Source: an uncultured Acidimicrobiaceae bacterium (GTDB lineage Bacteria; Actinomycetota; Acidimicrobiia; Acidimicrobiales; Palsa-688). From it: DNA of 64,000 nt. Made by a program: the position numbers and the translations under genes. Location: contig CAVSAM010000009.1 in NCBI GenBank assembly GCA_963725935.1, positions 55,321 through 119,320 on the forward strand, read 5' to 3'. Shown piece by piece: positions 10,001-20,800 of this stretch; the first letter of the stretch is position 1, and the number at the start of each line of letters is the position of its first letter. Below the pieces are notes generated by a model. The model had not been told where the DNA came from. It ran no database searches and saw nothing but the letters and a program-made list of their open reading frames with translations.

Positions 10001-12355
10001 GAGTAGCTGACCCCGGTCAGCTCGTTGTCGGCGTCGTAGGTGCGGGTGGTGGTCACACCGCCGGGGTTGACCTCGGTCAACAGGTTGCCGTCGCCGTCGT
10101 ACGCGTAGGTGGTGGTGCGGCCCAAGGGCCCGTGGAGGAGACCACTTCGTTCAGCGCGTTGTACGAGTAGGTCGTTGTGTTGCCATCTCCGTCGGTCTGG
10201 CCCGTGACGTTGCCGTCGGCGTCGTAGCTCGTCGTGAGCGTTGTGCCGTCGGGCTCCGTGGTGGCGGTCAGCTCGTTGTCGGCGTCGTAGGTATAGGTAG
10301 TGGTGTGCCCATTCGGGCCCGTGACCGAGGTCTGCTCCTGGTCGCCGTCATAGGTGTAGCTAGTCGTGCCCCCTACAGGGTCGGTGCTGGTTAGCAGGTC
10401 GCCGAGCGCGTCGTAGGTATAGGAGGTGGTGAACTTCGCAGGGTCACCGCCGGCGACGTTGCCGTCGGGGCTGACCATCGAGGTCTTCTCGCCGTCGGCG
10501 TCATAGCTGTAGGTCGTGATGTCGCCGTCCGGGTTGGTGCTCGAGACGAGGTCGCCGTCTGCGTCGTAGGCATAGGTCGTGACATCGCCATCAGAGTTTG
10601 TGCTAGCCGTCAGGTCACCTGGATCGGCGGGGTCGCCATAGGCGTATGCCGTCGTCTTGTACTGGCTCGTGCCCGTGAGTGGACGGCTTGTGCCCGTTAG
10701 GTTGCCGTTGGCATCGTAGGTATAGGTGGTCGTGACGCCTGAGGGGTCGGTTACCGAAGTCGCCTCGTCAAGGGCGTTATAGGCGTATGTGGCCGTGCGT
10801 CCTAATGGGTCTGTAGACGACTGCACATTGCCATCGGCGTCATAGGCGTAGCGCGACATGTCGCCGTTAGGGTCAGTGATTGAAAGCCGACCGAGGCTTA
10901 CCGGGTCGTAGGTGTAGCTCCAAGTTGCAGCTGAAGAGGTGCCAGTGGCCTTCGTGAGCGACATCAGCAAACCGCCGACATAGTGCTGGGTTTCGACTAT
11001 CCCTCGGGGGTCGGTGATCGTCGTGGTACCACCGGCCGTGGAAAAGTTGTCCCCGCTGTAGGCGAAGGTCGTCGTTCGTCCCATCGGGTCGGTCTGTGAT
11101 GTCACGCGACCGTCGGCGTCGTAGGCGTTGCTGACAATTCCGCCATCGGGGTCGGTCATCGTGGCCATGAGGTGGCCGGGACCATAGGTGAAAGACCACG
11201 TCTCGCCGCCCGAGCTGGTGACGCTGACTAGGTCGCCGCCCGAGTCGTAGACGTATTGGGTGGTCCGTCCCAACGGGTCAACGACGCTCGACACGCGGCC
11301 GTTGCTCCCGAAGCTGAAGGTCAACTGGCGTCCAGCCGCGTCCGTTACTGTTGCCAGTTGGCCGGAAGCGTTGTACGAGAGCGTGGTCGCGTAACCTTTG
11401 AGGTCGCTGATGCCAACCAGTTGCCCGCCAGCCGAGAATGTGAAGGTCTCGGTTTGGTGACGGACGAAGGTCCATGTGCCATTGGCGTTTTGGGTTAGCG
11501 TCGAGTCCGCCCACGATGGTGCGCTGTAGCTGCCGCCACCGGTCGGGGTCGCTGTGACCCGTGACCCGTCCTCTGCTGTTAATGTCACCGAGCTGTCACC
11601 GTTGTCAGTGAGGTGCATGTCGTAGGTGGACGACCAGCCAAAGCCGAAGATGCCCTCAATTGACGCGTTGGCAGAGTTGTATGTGCGGGTCAAGCCGAGC
11701 CCGGGCCCCGGCCGGGAATGTCGGCGTCGGTAAACGAGTGCCAAAAGTCGCCACTGGCGCAGTCAGCAGGGTCACCCGTCTGGCTCGTGCTGCTCGTTCC
11801 GAAAAGTCCGCAGTCCCCCGCGCCTACCGCAGTGCAGGCGGCCAGCGGCCCGTTGTCGGTACCGGTCGCGAGCCCGTAGTCCGAGTCGCCGGGGTAAGTG
11901 GCGGTGGCCGTATAGGTGCCGGCGAGAAGGCCGAAGATAGAGCAGGAGTATGTGCCGACATTGGACGAGCCCGTCGGGCCCGTGGTCGAGCTGCACGGCA
12001 CCGCCCCACCGCCGGGAGCGGTCACGGCCCAGGTGACAGCGCCGGTCGGGGTGTTTCCGCCGCTCGGGCCGGTGACGGCAGCGGTGAAGACCAGGGTGCC
12101 GCCGGTCGAAATGCTTTGGGAGTTGTCAGTCACCCACACCGTCGGTGTAGCCAGGTCCAACGGCACCACCTGGCCGCTGACGCTCGCTGACGCCGGGGCG
12201 GCGACAACAGCCGAGCTGATGAGCGCGCACGACACCGCCGCCAGGATGCTGCCGAGTACCCGGAGGGGAGCGAAAGGCAACCAGCGCGAGGGTCGTGTTG
12301 TCGGTACCTCCGGTCGGAGGATGGCTTCGTGAGGGCTGAATGCCTTGAACTTCAT
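7075..12355 (-). CDS. RHS/YD-repeat protein, ~1,760 aa, split into three ORFs by two apparent frame changes
   Basis: ORFs 11690-12439, 10077-11744 and 7075-10125 read on as one protein.
- Signal-peptide-like N-terminus: LRVLGSILAAVSCALISSAVVAAPASA.
- An Ig-like segment.
- The junction ..FTDADIPGRGPG|LGLTRTYNS.
- Dozens of YD repeats (Y.YD..GN).
- The junction ..VVSSTGP|LGRTTTYAYDGDGN.
- The RHS core: YLLDRYYDPATATFLSVDP...DPLNETDP.
The frame changes fall in G/C runs at ~11700-11712 and ~10120-10127. The start could be 12355 (MKFK) or 12439. Confidence 0.85.
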
Positions 12356-12548
12356 GGAATGGGTCAACCCCACGGCTCTGCTCCCTGCTTGTGGGCTCTC
12401 AGACAGCCGAGACAAGGGCGGCCCAAGGGCGGAAGTCAAGCAAACTCAGATGAAGTTCCGAGGCTCCCCAAGAGTCCGATTGGTGACACGAAGGTGAATT
12501 TTCACACCAGTACCGCAGTCACTCGGTACGGCTGGCAGCAAAGAGCCG

Positions 12549-12600
12549 AGCTCTGACCGGACACCATCCAGAACGACCGGGCGTGGGCCGAAGTTTCGGT
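12549..12600. repeat. Interspersed repeat family R1, copy 3
   Basis: The element is AGCTCTGACCGGACACCATCCAGAACGACCGGGCGTGGGCCGAAGTTTCGGT. It lies between the stop of the 12604 gene and the RHS gene start. Confidence 0.75.
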
Positions 12601-12603
12601 TAC

Positions 12604-13179
12604 CTAATCGGCCGGGTACCCGTCCGAGGTGCAATCTGCCCGGAGCCGCTGAAGATAGGCGTGAGCCTCCGGGATGTCGTTGGCGCTGATGGCGCCTTCC
12701 AGGCCAATCGTGTCGGACGAGACCTGGCCGCCCACGGCTAGGCCATCCTTGTCGACAAGCCGTTCAAGGATCCCGAACGGCCTTGGGTTGTCGACGTTCG
12801 CTTGGTCGGTGGCTCCCGCTAGGGCCGCGCAGAAGGCCCTCATCGCTCGCATCTGACTACTTGGTTCATTGTGCCTATAGAGGGAGTACCCGCCTATCGC
12901 GGCCACCACGACAACGACCACAACGAAAGCCTTGCGGAACGCGCGGTGGGGAGTGCGGTACGAGCCTGCTTCGCCTTGCACGCCCAAAGCGTAAATCCAG
13001 CAAAAGGTGCGACCGCCGCTGCGGCTCAGGTCGGGTACGACTTCGGGCTGGTCGGTTGTCGTGAGCGGCGCGCTACGGTTTTCTCGTGCGCTCACGCTGG
13101 AAGCTGAGCGACTAGTGCTCCCTCCGGCACGTGTGGCGTCCCGAGGCACACCGGTCTTGCACAGTCTCAGGTTGCCCAC
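12604..13179 (-). CDS. Hypothetical single-pass membrane protein
   Basis: ORF with one strongly hydrophobic segment (AFVVVVVVVAAIGGYSLY) followed by a ~110-aa domain containing two Cys. No family was recognised. The true start is probably internal because the N-terminal third is low-complexity. Confidence 0.5.
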   Translation of the reverse strand: MGNLRLCKTGVPRDATRAGGSTSRSASSVSARENRSAPLTTTDQPEVVPDLSRSGGRTFCWIYALGVQGEAGSYRTPHRAFRKAFVVVVVVVAAIGGYSLYRHNEPSSQMRAMRAFCAALAGATDQANVDNPRPFGILERLVDKDGLAVGGQVSSDTIGLEGAISANDIPEAHAYLQRLRADCTSDGYPAD

Positions 13180-13348
13180 AGCTGCGCGACACTAGGAAGG
13201 TGACCAAGGCGACTACCGAGCGCGTGGCCGTCCTGGCCGTGGCGGCCTTTGGCTTTCTGGTGACAGCCTGCGGGGGCGGGCCGGCGCACAACGGGGTCGC
13301 CAGCAGAATGTCCGTTCCACACCGTGCACCGAGACCTATGCGATGATT

Positions 13349-15864
13349 TCATTCGGTTCGCAGAACCAGCGCCGCTGGAGTCCGGGCAGCAATACGCCCC
13401 GGAACAGCGGCCACGAGGTTGGCCAGCAACAGAGAACCGAATGCGATCAGGACTATCGGGACGACGGGGACAGCGGGGGAGGGGACCGCATTGATCTCTT
13501 GGGCAAACAGCTCCCACAGGACCCGACCGAGGGTAATGCCGACTGGGACGCCCACGATACTTCCGATAGCCACGGCCACGTTCGACTGCCAGGCAACGAC
13601 GGCACTCAGCTGGGAGCGAGTAAAACCGAGGATTTTGAGTACCGCCAGATCCCGGCGTCGTCGACGTACGGAGGCAAAAAGCGTGAGGCCTAGAGCAGCG
13701 AGTGCTGCCGCTCCGAGAGACGCTCCCAAGATCGCCGGCGTGGTCCCCATCGACCGGTAATCCACGATCTCGGCCGGGCGGAGCACCGACTGGACAACCA
13801 CGCCGAAGTTATAGCTGTTACTCAGGGGAGCAGTCATCTCCTCCAGCGAGCGCCGGGCCGCCACCGGGTTGACCCCCGGGCGCACGTCGACGAAATAGGC
13901 TTGCGGACCAGTCTCGGGGTCGTTGAACGGGTTGCGCTCTACAGGCGGGATGAGCGAGCTAGGTACCACGGCACCCGTGCCCATTTCAAGATGCAGCACG
14001 CCGCTGCCGCCAATCGCGGGCATCGTAGCTACGCCCACGATGCGAAGGAGGTGCGACTTGCCCGCTCCGCTGCTAACGGTGACCGTACCGCCGAGCCTTT
14101 TGTGCAACGACGCCAAGGTCAGTGGCCCCACGACTATCTCGTCAGATTGTTGGAGATCGTGGCCGCGCAGCAGTGGGGGCTGGACCCTGGCGCCCGGGTT
14201 CGTGCCGATCACCGGGATGTCCTGGCCGTCGACGATGAGATCGACAAAGTAGACGCCCGAGTATGCCGAAAGGTAGTCGTCGTGGGCCAGCAGCGTGGCT
14301 GACTGTCGCGCCGGGATGTCCCCGCCCCCGCCGCCGTCCCCACCCGAAAGGGCGTAGTTCCAGTTCCATCCGTAGAGGCGAGGAGTCGAAACGAGATGGT
14401 CCAAACTGGCACCGAAGGTGACGGTGGTAATCAGTACGATCACGGCCAACGCCGCGCCTAAGATCGCTGACCGCATTGGCACGGCGTCGAACTCGCTCCC
14501 CGGCTCGAGGGCAAATCGGAGGCCGATGGCCGCTGGAGCCGGCAGATCCACCGTTGCGCCGCTTCGCAGCAGGGCCGATGTCTTGGCCCCAAACCGCTGT
14601 CGGCGGGCCACCCGCTCGGGTGAATTGCGAATGGCGAGCCCTATGGCTGCAAGAGCAAGGCCGACGAAAATGACCCCGAACCCACCGCCGAGAACGGTCC
14701 AGTCGAAAGCGACCCCCGGGGTCGGGTAGAAGGGCCGTATCGGGCCGAGCGGACTGATCGGCGAAAGTGCAACCGCTACGCCAACAGCCAGAAGCGACCC
14801 GACGGCGAGGGCGCCAACAACGCCGATGAGGGCGTCGGTAGCAAGGGTCGTGGGGTCGGCACCTAGTGATCGCAGCACTTGCGATTCCTGCCTACGCCTG
14901 CGCAAATATCGCCCAATGACCTGCACTGCGATCAAGAGGGCCGCTAGGGCGGTGATCCCCCCAAAGACCCCGAGTGCGATCGAGAGCGGCTTGACCGCCC
15001 GCTCGACCTTCCCTTCGTCGTCTTCTCCCGTGGCATTGAAGCCGGGAGGTAGGCCGCCGGGCGTCGCCCTCGTGATGGCGTCTTCCAGCCCGGCAACCTG
15101 GTTCTGGTGCGCCACCTTGATCGCGGTCTCGGTGTAGTTAACGCAGCATTTGAGCAGCTCCTGTGTCAGCGCTGGCGTGAAATAGCCCAAAGATCCACCA
15201 GCATCGACGTCGTCGGTAACGATCTCCGTCACCGGCAGGCCTATGCCAGCAACCCGCATGTCGATCCGCCGATAGGGCTTCACTGCCGTTGTCCCGAACC
15301 CGGGCAAGTCGGTCTGGCGATTGGTGTAAAACCCCATCGGGACGATCTCACCCACGTGAAAGCCGTAGGCCGCTGCGGCAGTCGACGAGGTCATGAACTC
15401 GTCAACCCGGGCGGGATCCGCATCCCGTCCCGCACTGAGGGCGAGGCGGTCTATCGCGAAGAACTCGCCACCCACGCTCCCTTGGCTGGATCCTGCTTCG
15501 ACTGGGAACAAACCCTTGGCGATGGGGGCGCCGTTCGGCCGAGAGGTTCGGCGTTTATCCCCGTCGCACTCGCCACGGCCGTGACGTGGGGGGCTTGGGC
15601 GAGCTCTCGGACGATGGCCGGGTTGTACCCCTGTCCGTTGCCGATGCCAGGGCTGGCGATCGCGGTAGCCACGACAATCTGGGACGGGTTAGTGGTTTCT
15701 AACAGGTCGGAGTAGGAGGACTGGGTCCGGCGCGCTGCCGCCAACGAGCCCATCGCTAGCCCCCCGACGAGGCCGAGGAGCAGCGCAATCGTGAGGTACG
15801 AGGCCAACTCGTGCCGGAAGGTTGCCCTGAACCGGTACCACGAGGCCCGAAGAGCCCTGCTCAC
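13349..15864 (-). CDS. FtsX/MacB-type ABC transporter permease with two FtsX modules, one apparent frame change
   Basis: ORFs 15451-15864 and 13349-15511 join as ..GINAEPLG|PNGAPIAKGLFPVEAG.. with the frame change at ~15535-15541. There are two blocks of 4 TM helices with large extracytoplasmic loops. The C-terminal block VPVGITLGRVLWELFA...LANLVAAVPGRIAART is typical of FtsX permeases. Confidence 0.8.
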
Positions 15865-16108
15865 CTGTCGGCCCCACCGAGGTAGGTCTTTTCCACCTAC
15901 GAGCCTCCCACGATCAATTCGAACTCAGAACGGTCAGTTCACAGTCAAGTTTTTACCTCGCCGGTGTCGCCGACAAGGTGGCAAACTCGAACGATCGGGC
16001 TCGTGCCAGCACCCCCTGCGGCCTCGGCGTGAAGGGATGAACCCTGGGACGAAGCGGGTCGGCCGTCGGCCTCGCGCGTCCAGGCCCCGGGCCACCCCCG
16101 GGCCACCT

Positions 16109-16513
16109 TTATTCGTTCAGCTTTACTGCTTCGAGTATAAGTACCGCTAACGCGGCCTCGTCTACGCTGTCATCTTTGAAGAAGTCAATGGCACGAACAG
16201 AGTTACTGTCCCGGCGTGCATTGAAAAGATGCTTGGCGTCAGTCAGCTGTGCACCTTTGGGGAAGGTCAATCTGACCGCGCTCTTGAGCAACTCGCCTAT
16301 ACAAACTATTTTCCCATGAGACCATACAGGGGCTCCTTCGGGTCTCGACGGCTTCTTCCACTTAACTTCCTCGACCATGGAAGGGCCCGCTTGTCTGATT
16401 ATGGTACGCAGTTGTGACAGTTTCTCGCCACGCCAGTCACCTGCCTTCTTGACAATGTCATCTATTTGCTGAGACGCAGACTTGTCTTTCGGGCCAGATG
16501 AGGGAGTAGTCAT
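16109..16513 (-). CDS. DUF1801 (YdhG-like) domain protein
   Basis: 134 aa containing ..GEKLSQLRTIIRQAGPSMVEEVKWKKP..PVWSHGKIVCIGELLKSAVRLTFPKGAQL... The GC content is visibly lower than in the neighbouring genes. Confidence 0.75.
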   Translation of the reverse strand: MTTPSSGPKDKSASQQIDDIVKKAGDWRGEKLSQLRTIIRQAGPSMVEEVKWKKPSRPEGAPVWSHGKIVCIGELLKSAVRLTFPKGAQLTDAKHLFNARRDSNSVRAIDFFKDDSVDEAALAVLILEAVKLNE

Positions 16514-16531
16514 TTACGCACTCTATGGCCT

Positions 16532-17545
16532 ATGGTCGACGCTATGGAACTCTGGGGGGTTATCGGGTCGCAGATCGCAGGTATGCCGGAACTGGCGGAG
16601 CAGGTCCGGCGCTGGGAGGAGGTGGGAGTGGCCGGGGTGTTCGCCAGCGACCACTTGTTCTTCGACATGAAAGGCTCCCGTCGCACCGCCCGACGCCAGC
16701 CCGATCCGTACGTCCTGCTGGCCGCAGCGGGCGCGGTTACAGAACGGGCCAAGCTCGGCACCATCGTTGCCAACGCCGGTCTTCAGCACCCTGCGTTGTT
16801 GCTGCGGCATTTTTCTCAGCTGGCTCGTCTCTTCGGCGGTGAGCGCGTCTACGCCGGCCTCGGGGCAGGCTGGAACCGAGAGGAGTTCGAGGCTCTCGGT
16901 CTCGTCTGGCAGGCACACGGCCAACGGATGCAGCGCCTGGAGGAGACCATGGTGCTCGGACGCCAGCTCTTCGACGATGGCTACGGTCATCTTTACGGCG
17001 CCGAGATCGTCGCCGACGACCTGCCTCTCTCACCCGATCCCGGGGTGCCGCCCCGGCTGCTGCTCGGAGGGGGCAGTGCCCGGGCGTTGCAAATGGCGGG
17101 CCGTTACGCCGACCACGTCGACCTAAACTCGCCCACCGAGGCCGGCAAGGTGAGTGCCTCCATCGGCGGTGCAGTGACCGTCGTCCAGGACAATCGCAAG
17201 CGTCTTTCTGCGACGGTGACCGGCTTGGAGCAGAGCGTCAAGGTCGTGGCCGCGGCAGCCTCGGAGGCCGGACGGCCGACCCCAACAAGCAGCGTCATGC
17301 TGACCCACGTGGTCAGCTGCCCCGCTGGGGACATCGAGGCGAAGGAAAGGCGCCTGTGCGAACACTACGGGTTGGAGCCGCTTCCCCTCGGCCAATGCCC
17401 CTTCGCTCTTGTCGGGCCGCCTGAACGGATGGTCGACTTGTTGGAGGAGCGCGCCGAACGGCTCGGCTTGGCCGCGGTGATCCTGCCTGGCAGCAACGAC
17501 GTCGAGGATTTCGCGGTCTCAGTCTTCTCCGGTGTGAAGGCCTGA
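16532..17545 (+). CDS. Luciferase-like monooxygenase (LLM) family oxidoreductase, possibly F420-dependent
   Basis: 337 aa containing VAGVFASDHLFF, LGTIVANAGLQHPALLLRHFSQLARLFGGERVYAGLGAGWNREEF and ..GGGSARALQMAGRYADHVDL. Confidence 0.8.
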   Translation: MVDAMELWGVIGSQIAGMPELAEQVRRWEEVGVAGVFASDHLFFDMKGSRRTARRQPDPYVLLAAAGAVTERAKLGTIVANAGLQHPALLLRHFSQLARLFGGERVYAGLGAGWNREEFEALGLVWQAHGQRMQRLEETMVLGRQLFDDGYGHLYGAEIVADDLPLSPDPGVPPRLLLGGGSARALQMAGRYADHVDLNSPTEAGKVSASIGGAVTVVQDNRKRLSATVTGLEQSVKVVAAAASEAGRPTPTSSVMLTHVVSCPAGDIEAKERRLCEHYGLEPLPLGQCPFALVGPPERMVDLLEERAERLGLAAVILPGSNDVEDFAVSVFSGVKA

Positions 17546-17656
17546 CGTCTGCGCGGAGCCGTGCATTCCCATCGTCGAGCCCTGAGCGACCTTGTGCGAC
17601 CCCAGGTACCGAAGAAACCAGGATCCCCACCCGGTCCGTGACCGGGCCGCACCCCT

Positions 17657-17740
17657 CAACTTTTCATGGCGGTCACCGATCTGAAAGGCGGACATCGGTG
17701 CCGCTGGTGCAAAAATGTGGGCTCGTTTTTGACCGATCGA
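17657..17740 (-). repeat. Interspersed repeat family R2, copy A
   Basis: The element is CAACTTTTCATGGCGGTCACCGATCTG...GGACATC...GGTGCAAAAATG...GACCGATCG. It matches 21371-21460 in the same orientation and 33410-33502 in the opposite orientation. It lies in a convergent intergenic gap. Confidence 0.85.
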
Positions 17741-17804
17741 GCGCTAGAAGGCCCAGATCTGCGGTTTTCGGCGCAGGCCGCCTCCATTTTCGTCTGCCTT
17801 CAGC

Positions 17805-20800
17805 TCACCCATAGCGTCCCGTCGCCATCCCCACAACGGGCCCGCCCAGTCGCATTCCCGCGGCCGAGCCGTGGAAACTGGCGTTGCCAAAGCTGAACAC
17901 ACCGCCGTTCGACGAGGCGAGCCAGTACCCCTTCCCGTCGGGCGTTGCCGCCATGGCCACGACAGGCCCACCCAGGCGCATTCCCGCGGCCGAACCCCGG
18001 AAACTGGCGTCGCCGAAGCTGAACACGCCGCCGTTCGAGGAGGCGAGCCAGTAGCCGCCGCCGGCGGGCGTCGCCGCCATCGCCGCGACACGCCCGCCCA
18101 TTTCCAGGTGAGCGCCCGAGCCGTGAAAACCGGCGTCCCCGAAGCTGAACACACCGCCGTTCGACGAGGCGAGCCAGTACCCCTTCCCGTCGGGCGTTGC
18201 AGCCATGGCCACAATCGGGCGCGCCCAGTGGATCTCGGCGGCCGAGCCGTGAAAACCGGCGTTGCCAAAGCTGAACACACCGCCGTTCGACGAGGCGAGC
18301 CAGTACCCCTTCCCGTCGGGCGTTGCAGCCATGGCCACAACGGGCCCGCCCAGTCGCATCTCGGCGGCCGAGCCGTGAAAACCGGCGTCGCCGAAGCTGA
18401 ACACACCGCCGTTCGAGGAGGCGAGCCAATAACCCTTCCCCTCAGGCGTTGGCGCCATGGCCACAACCGGGGAGTTGAGGTGCAGTCCGGTAGCTGAGCC
18501 CTGGAAACCGGGACCGCCGAAGCTGAAGACCCCACCGCCGGCCGAGACCAACCCGTAGGGAACAGTCACCGGGACCGGGGGACTGCTCGACGCGGGTGCG
18601 CTCGGCGCAGGTGCGCTCGGCGGCACGGACGCAGCGAAGACGGTCCCGGTCAACTGGGTCAGGCTCGGGCTAGAGACCCCCGAGAGGGTGACGGTCAAGC
18701 ACGGCGGTGGACCGGGCGTGTAGGTGGGCGCCGGCCACACCTGTTGCCAACCTGCTTCCGGGTCCCACCATTCGAGGTTCCTGCCTCCGGCGAGGCCGCA
18801 GACCTCGATGGTCAGGCTTCGGAACGAGGCAAGTGACGATGACCTCACGTCGAAGAAATCACCAGAGACGGGGAAGTTGGTTGGGCCGACCGGGTCGGAC
18901 GAGTACTCTGCAACCGTCAGTGCCCCGATCCCTTGGCCGTCAGCCGTAGTGCCGGCGATAGTCGCTATCGCGTTCCCGGAAGGGGTGAACGAAGACGCGC
19001 TCGCCCAACTGCTTGACCCGGCCGGCGGTACCGGTGCGATGGGACCTGCCGGGGCTGGAGGGACAGCTGGCTCGGCTGGAGGCGACGGCACGGTTATGGT
19101 CTGCTGTACCTGAGCAGCGGGCGCGTTCCAGTTATTGCCGGCCTGGTTGGCGTCGATGACACAGCTACCGGGGGCCGTGAAGGTGACGAGGTCGCCGTCC
19201 AACGCGCACCCGGAGGCCGAACCATCGATGCTGATCACAGCCCCGAGCCCCGACGAGGCGATGGCCGCCGGGGCGTAGGAGGTCCCCACCGTTGGCGAGG
19301 CCGGTGCTGTGGTGGTAAAGGCGACGGTTTGGGCGGCCAATTGCACCGCGCCCGCATCACAGGCACCGCCCTCCTGGCTGGTTGTACCTCGCTGATCGGT
19401 TGCGGGGCACAGCTCCGACGTGCCGTTAGGGATTATCCCGATGGCGGGGTTGGTCCCATTCAGCGCGAGTGTTTCTGTCGGCCCCCCGTTGTTGGCTAGC
19501 GGTGCGAGCAGAGAAGAAAGGTCTTCGAAAGCGTCGTTATCGTCGGTCCCGCCATTGAGGCAGGTCCCGTCCGCGGCAACGTTGTAACCGCCGTCTGTCC
19601 AGGTACCGGAGGAGCTGTTGCAGTCCTCGGCGAATATGTCTGCGGTGACCGTGGTCGTAGCGTTTCCGGCCGGGTTCCCGCCGCCATTTTCAATGGCCGG
19701 CGACCCACCGTTGTGCGCCGTATCGCCGGTGAACGTCGAGGACGTTACCGTCAATGTGCCGACGCTGCCACTACCGAAAGCATTGTCGATGGCACCGCCG
19801 CCGATGGCGCCAAAGTTGTCTATGAAGGTGGACGTAGTCACGCTCGCCGTCCCGAGCCCCCCGTCCCCGCCGGCGTTCTCGATCGCGCCACCAGGTCCGG
19901 AATTGCCCGAATTATCGTCGAAGGTTGTACCGCTCACGACCAAGGTGGCATGGCCCGTGTGCCCGTCGAGAGAACTATAGAAACCATTGTCGATGGCACC
20001 CCCTTCGTCTCCGGCATTGTTCCCCGTGAAGGTCGAGCCGGTGATCGTTGCCGTCCCCGATGCTCCGAAATCGCCGATTGCCAAGGCGCCGCCGGCGTAG
20101 TTGTAGCTTGAATTATCGGTGAACGTGGAGCCGCTTACGTAAAGGGTGCCGCTGTTGCCCGGGCCGTCGCCTACGTTGATGGCGCCGCCCCAGTTGGCGA
20201 AGTTACCCGAGAAACTGGACCCAGAGACGGTTGCGGTGCCAGTGCCGCCCGTGCCGACACCGATCCCGATGGCACCCCCGTTGTTACCCTCGTTATCGGT
20301 GAAGTTCGAGCCGCTGACGGTCAGCGTCCCCCCGGCGCTGTCGTTGATCCCGGCTGCCCCGTTGTCGTTGGAGCCGTCCTCGATGGTCACTCCGGAGATG
20401 GTGACGTAGGCGGCGCTGGCGATGTTCAACACCAATTGGTCGGACGCGCCGCTAAGAACGGGGTCCTCGACCCCAGGGGCAGGTTCGATGGTGACCGGCG
20501 ACGATGAAGTCGTGCCTGCGGTGCTCAACGTGAAGCCCCCGCTGTAAGGGCCTGTCGAGATGAGCTCGATCGTGCCGCCGGGCCCGACCTGGGCTAGCGC
20601 AGTGTTCAAGGTGCAAGCAGACGGTGCCGTGGAGCAGTCCCCCGCGCCCTGTGCCGTCGGGGCGGCGTAAAGGACCGTCCCTGTGGCTCCTGCGGAGCTC
20701 AGCGTCACCAGTCCGCCGGTCACGAGGGCGGTGGCCGCAACGGTGGCGCCGGCCGTACCCAGCAACACGGCAAGCGCACGCCGCCCAAGATGGGTTGCAG

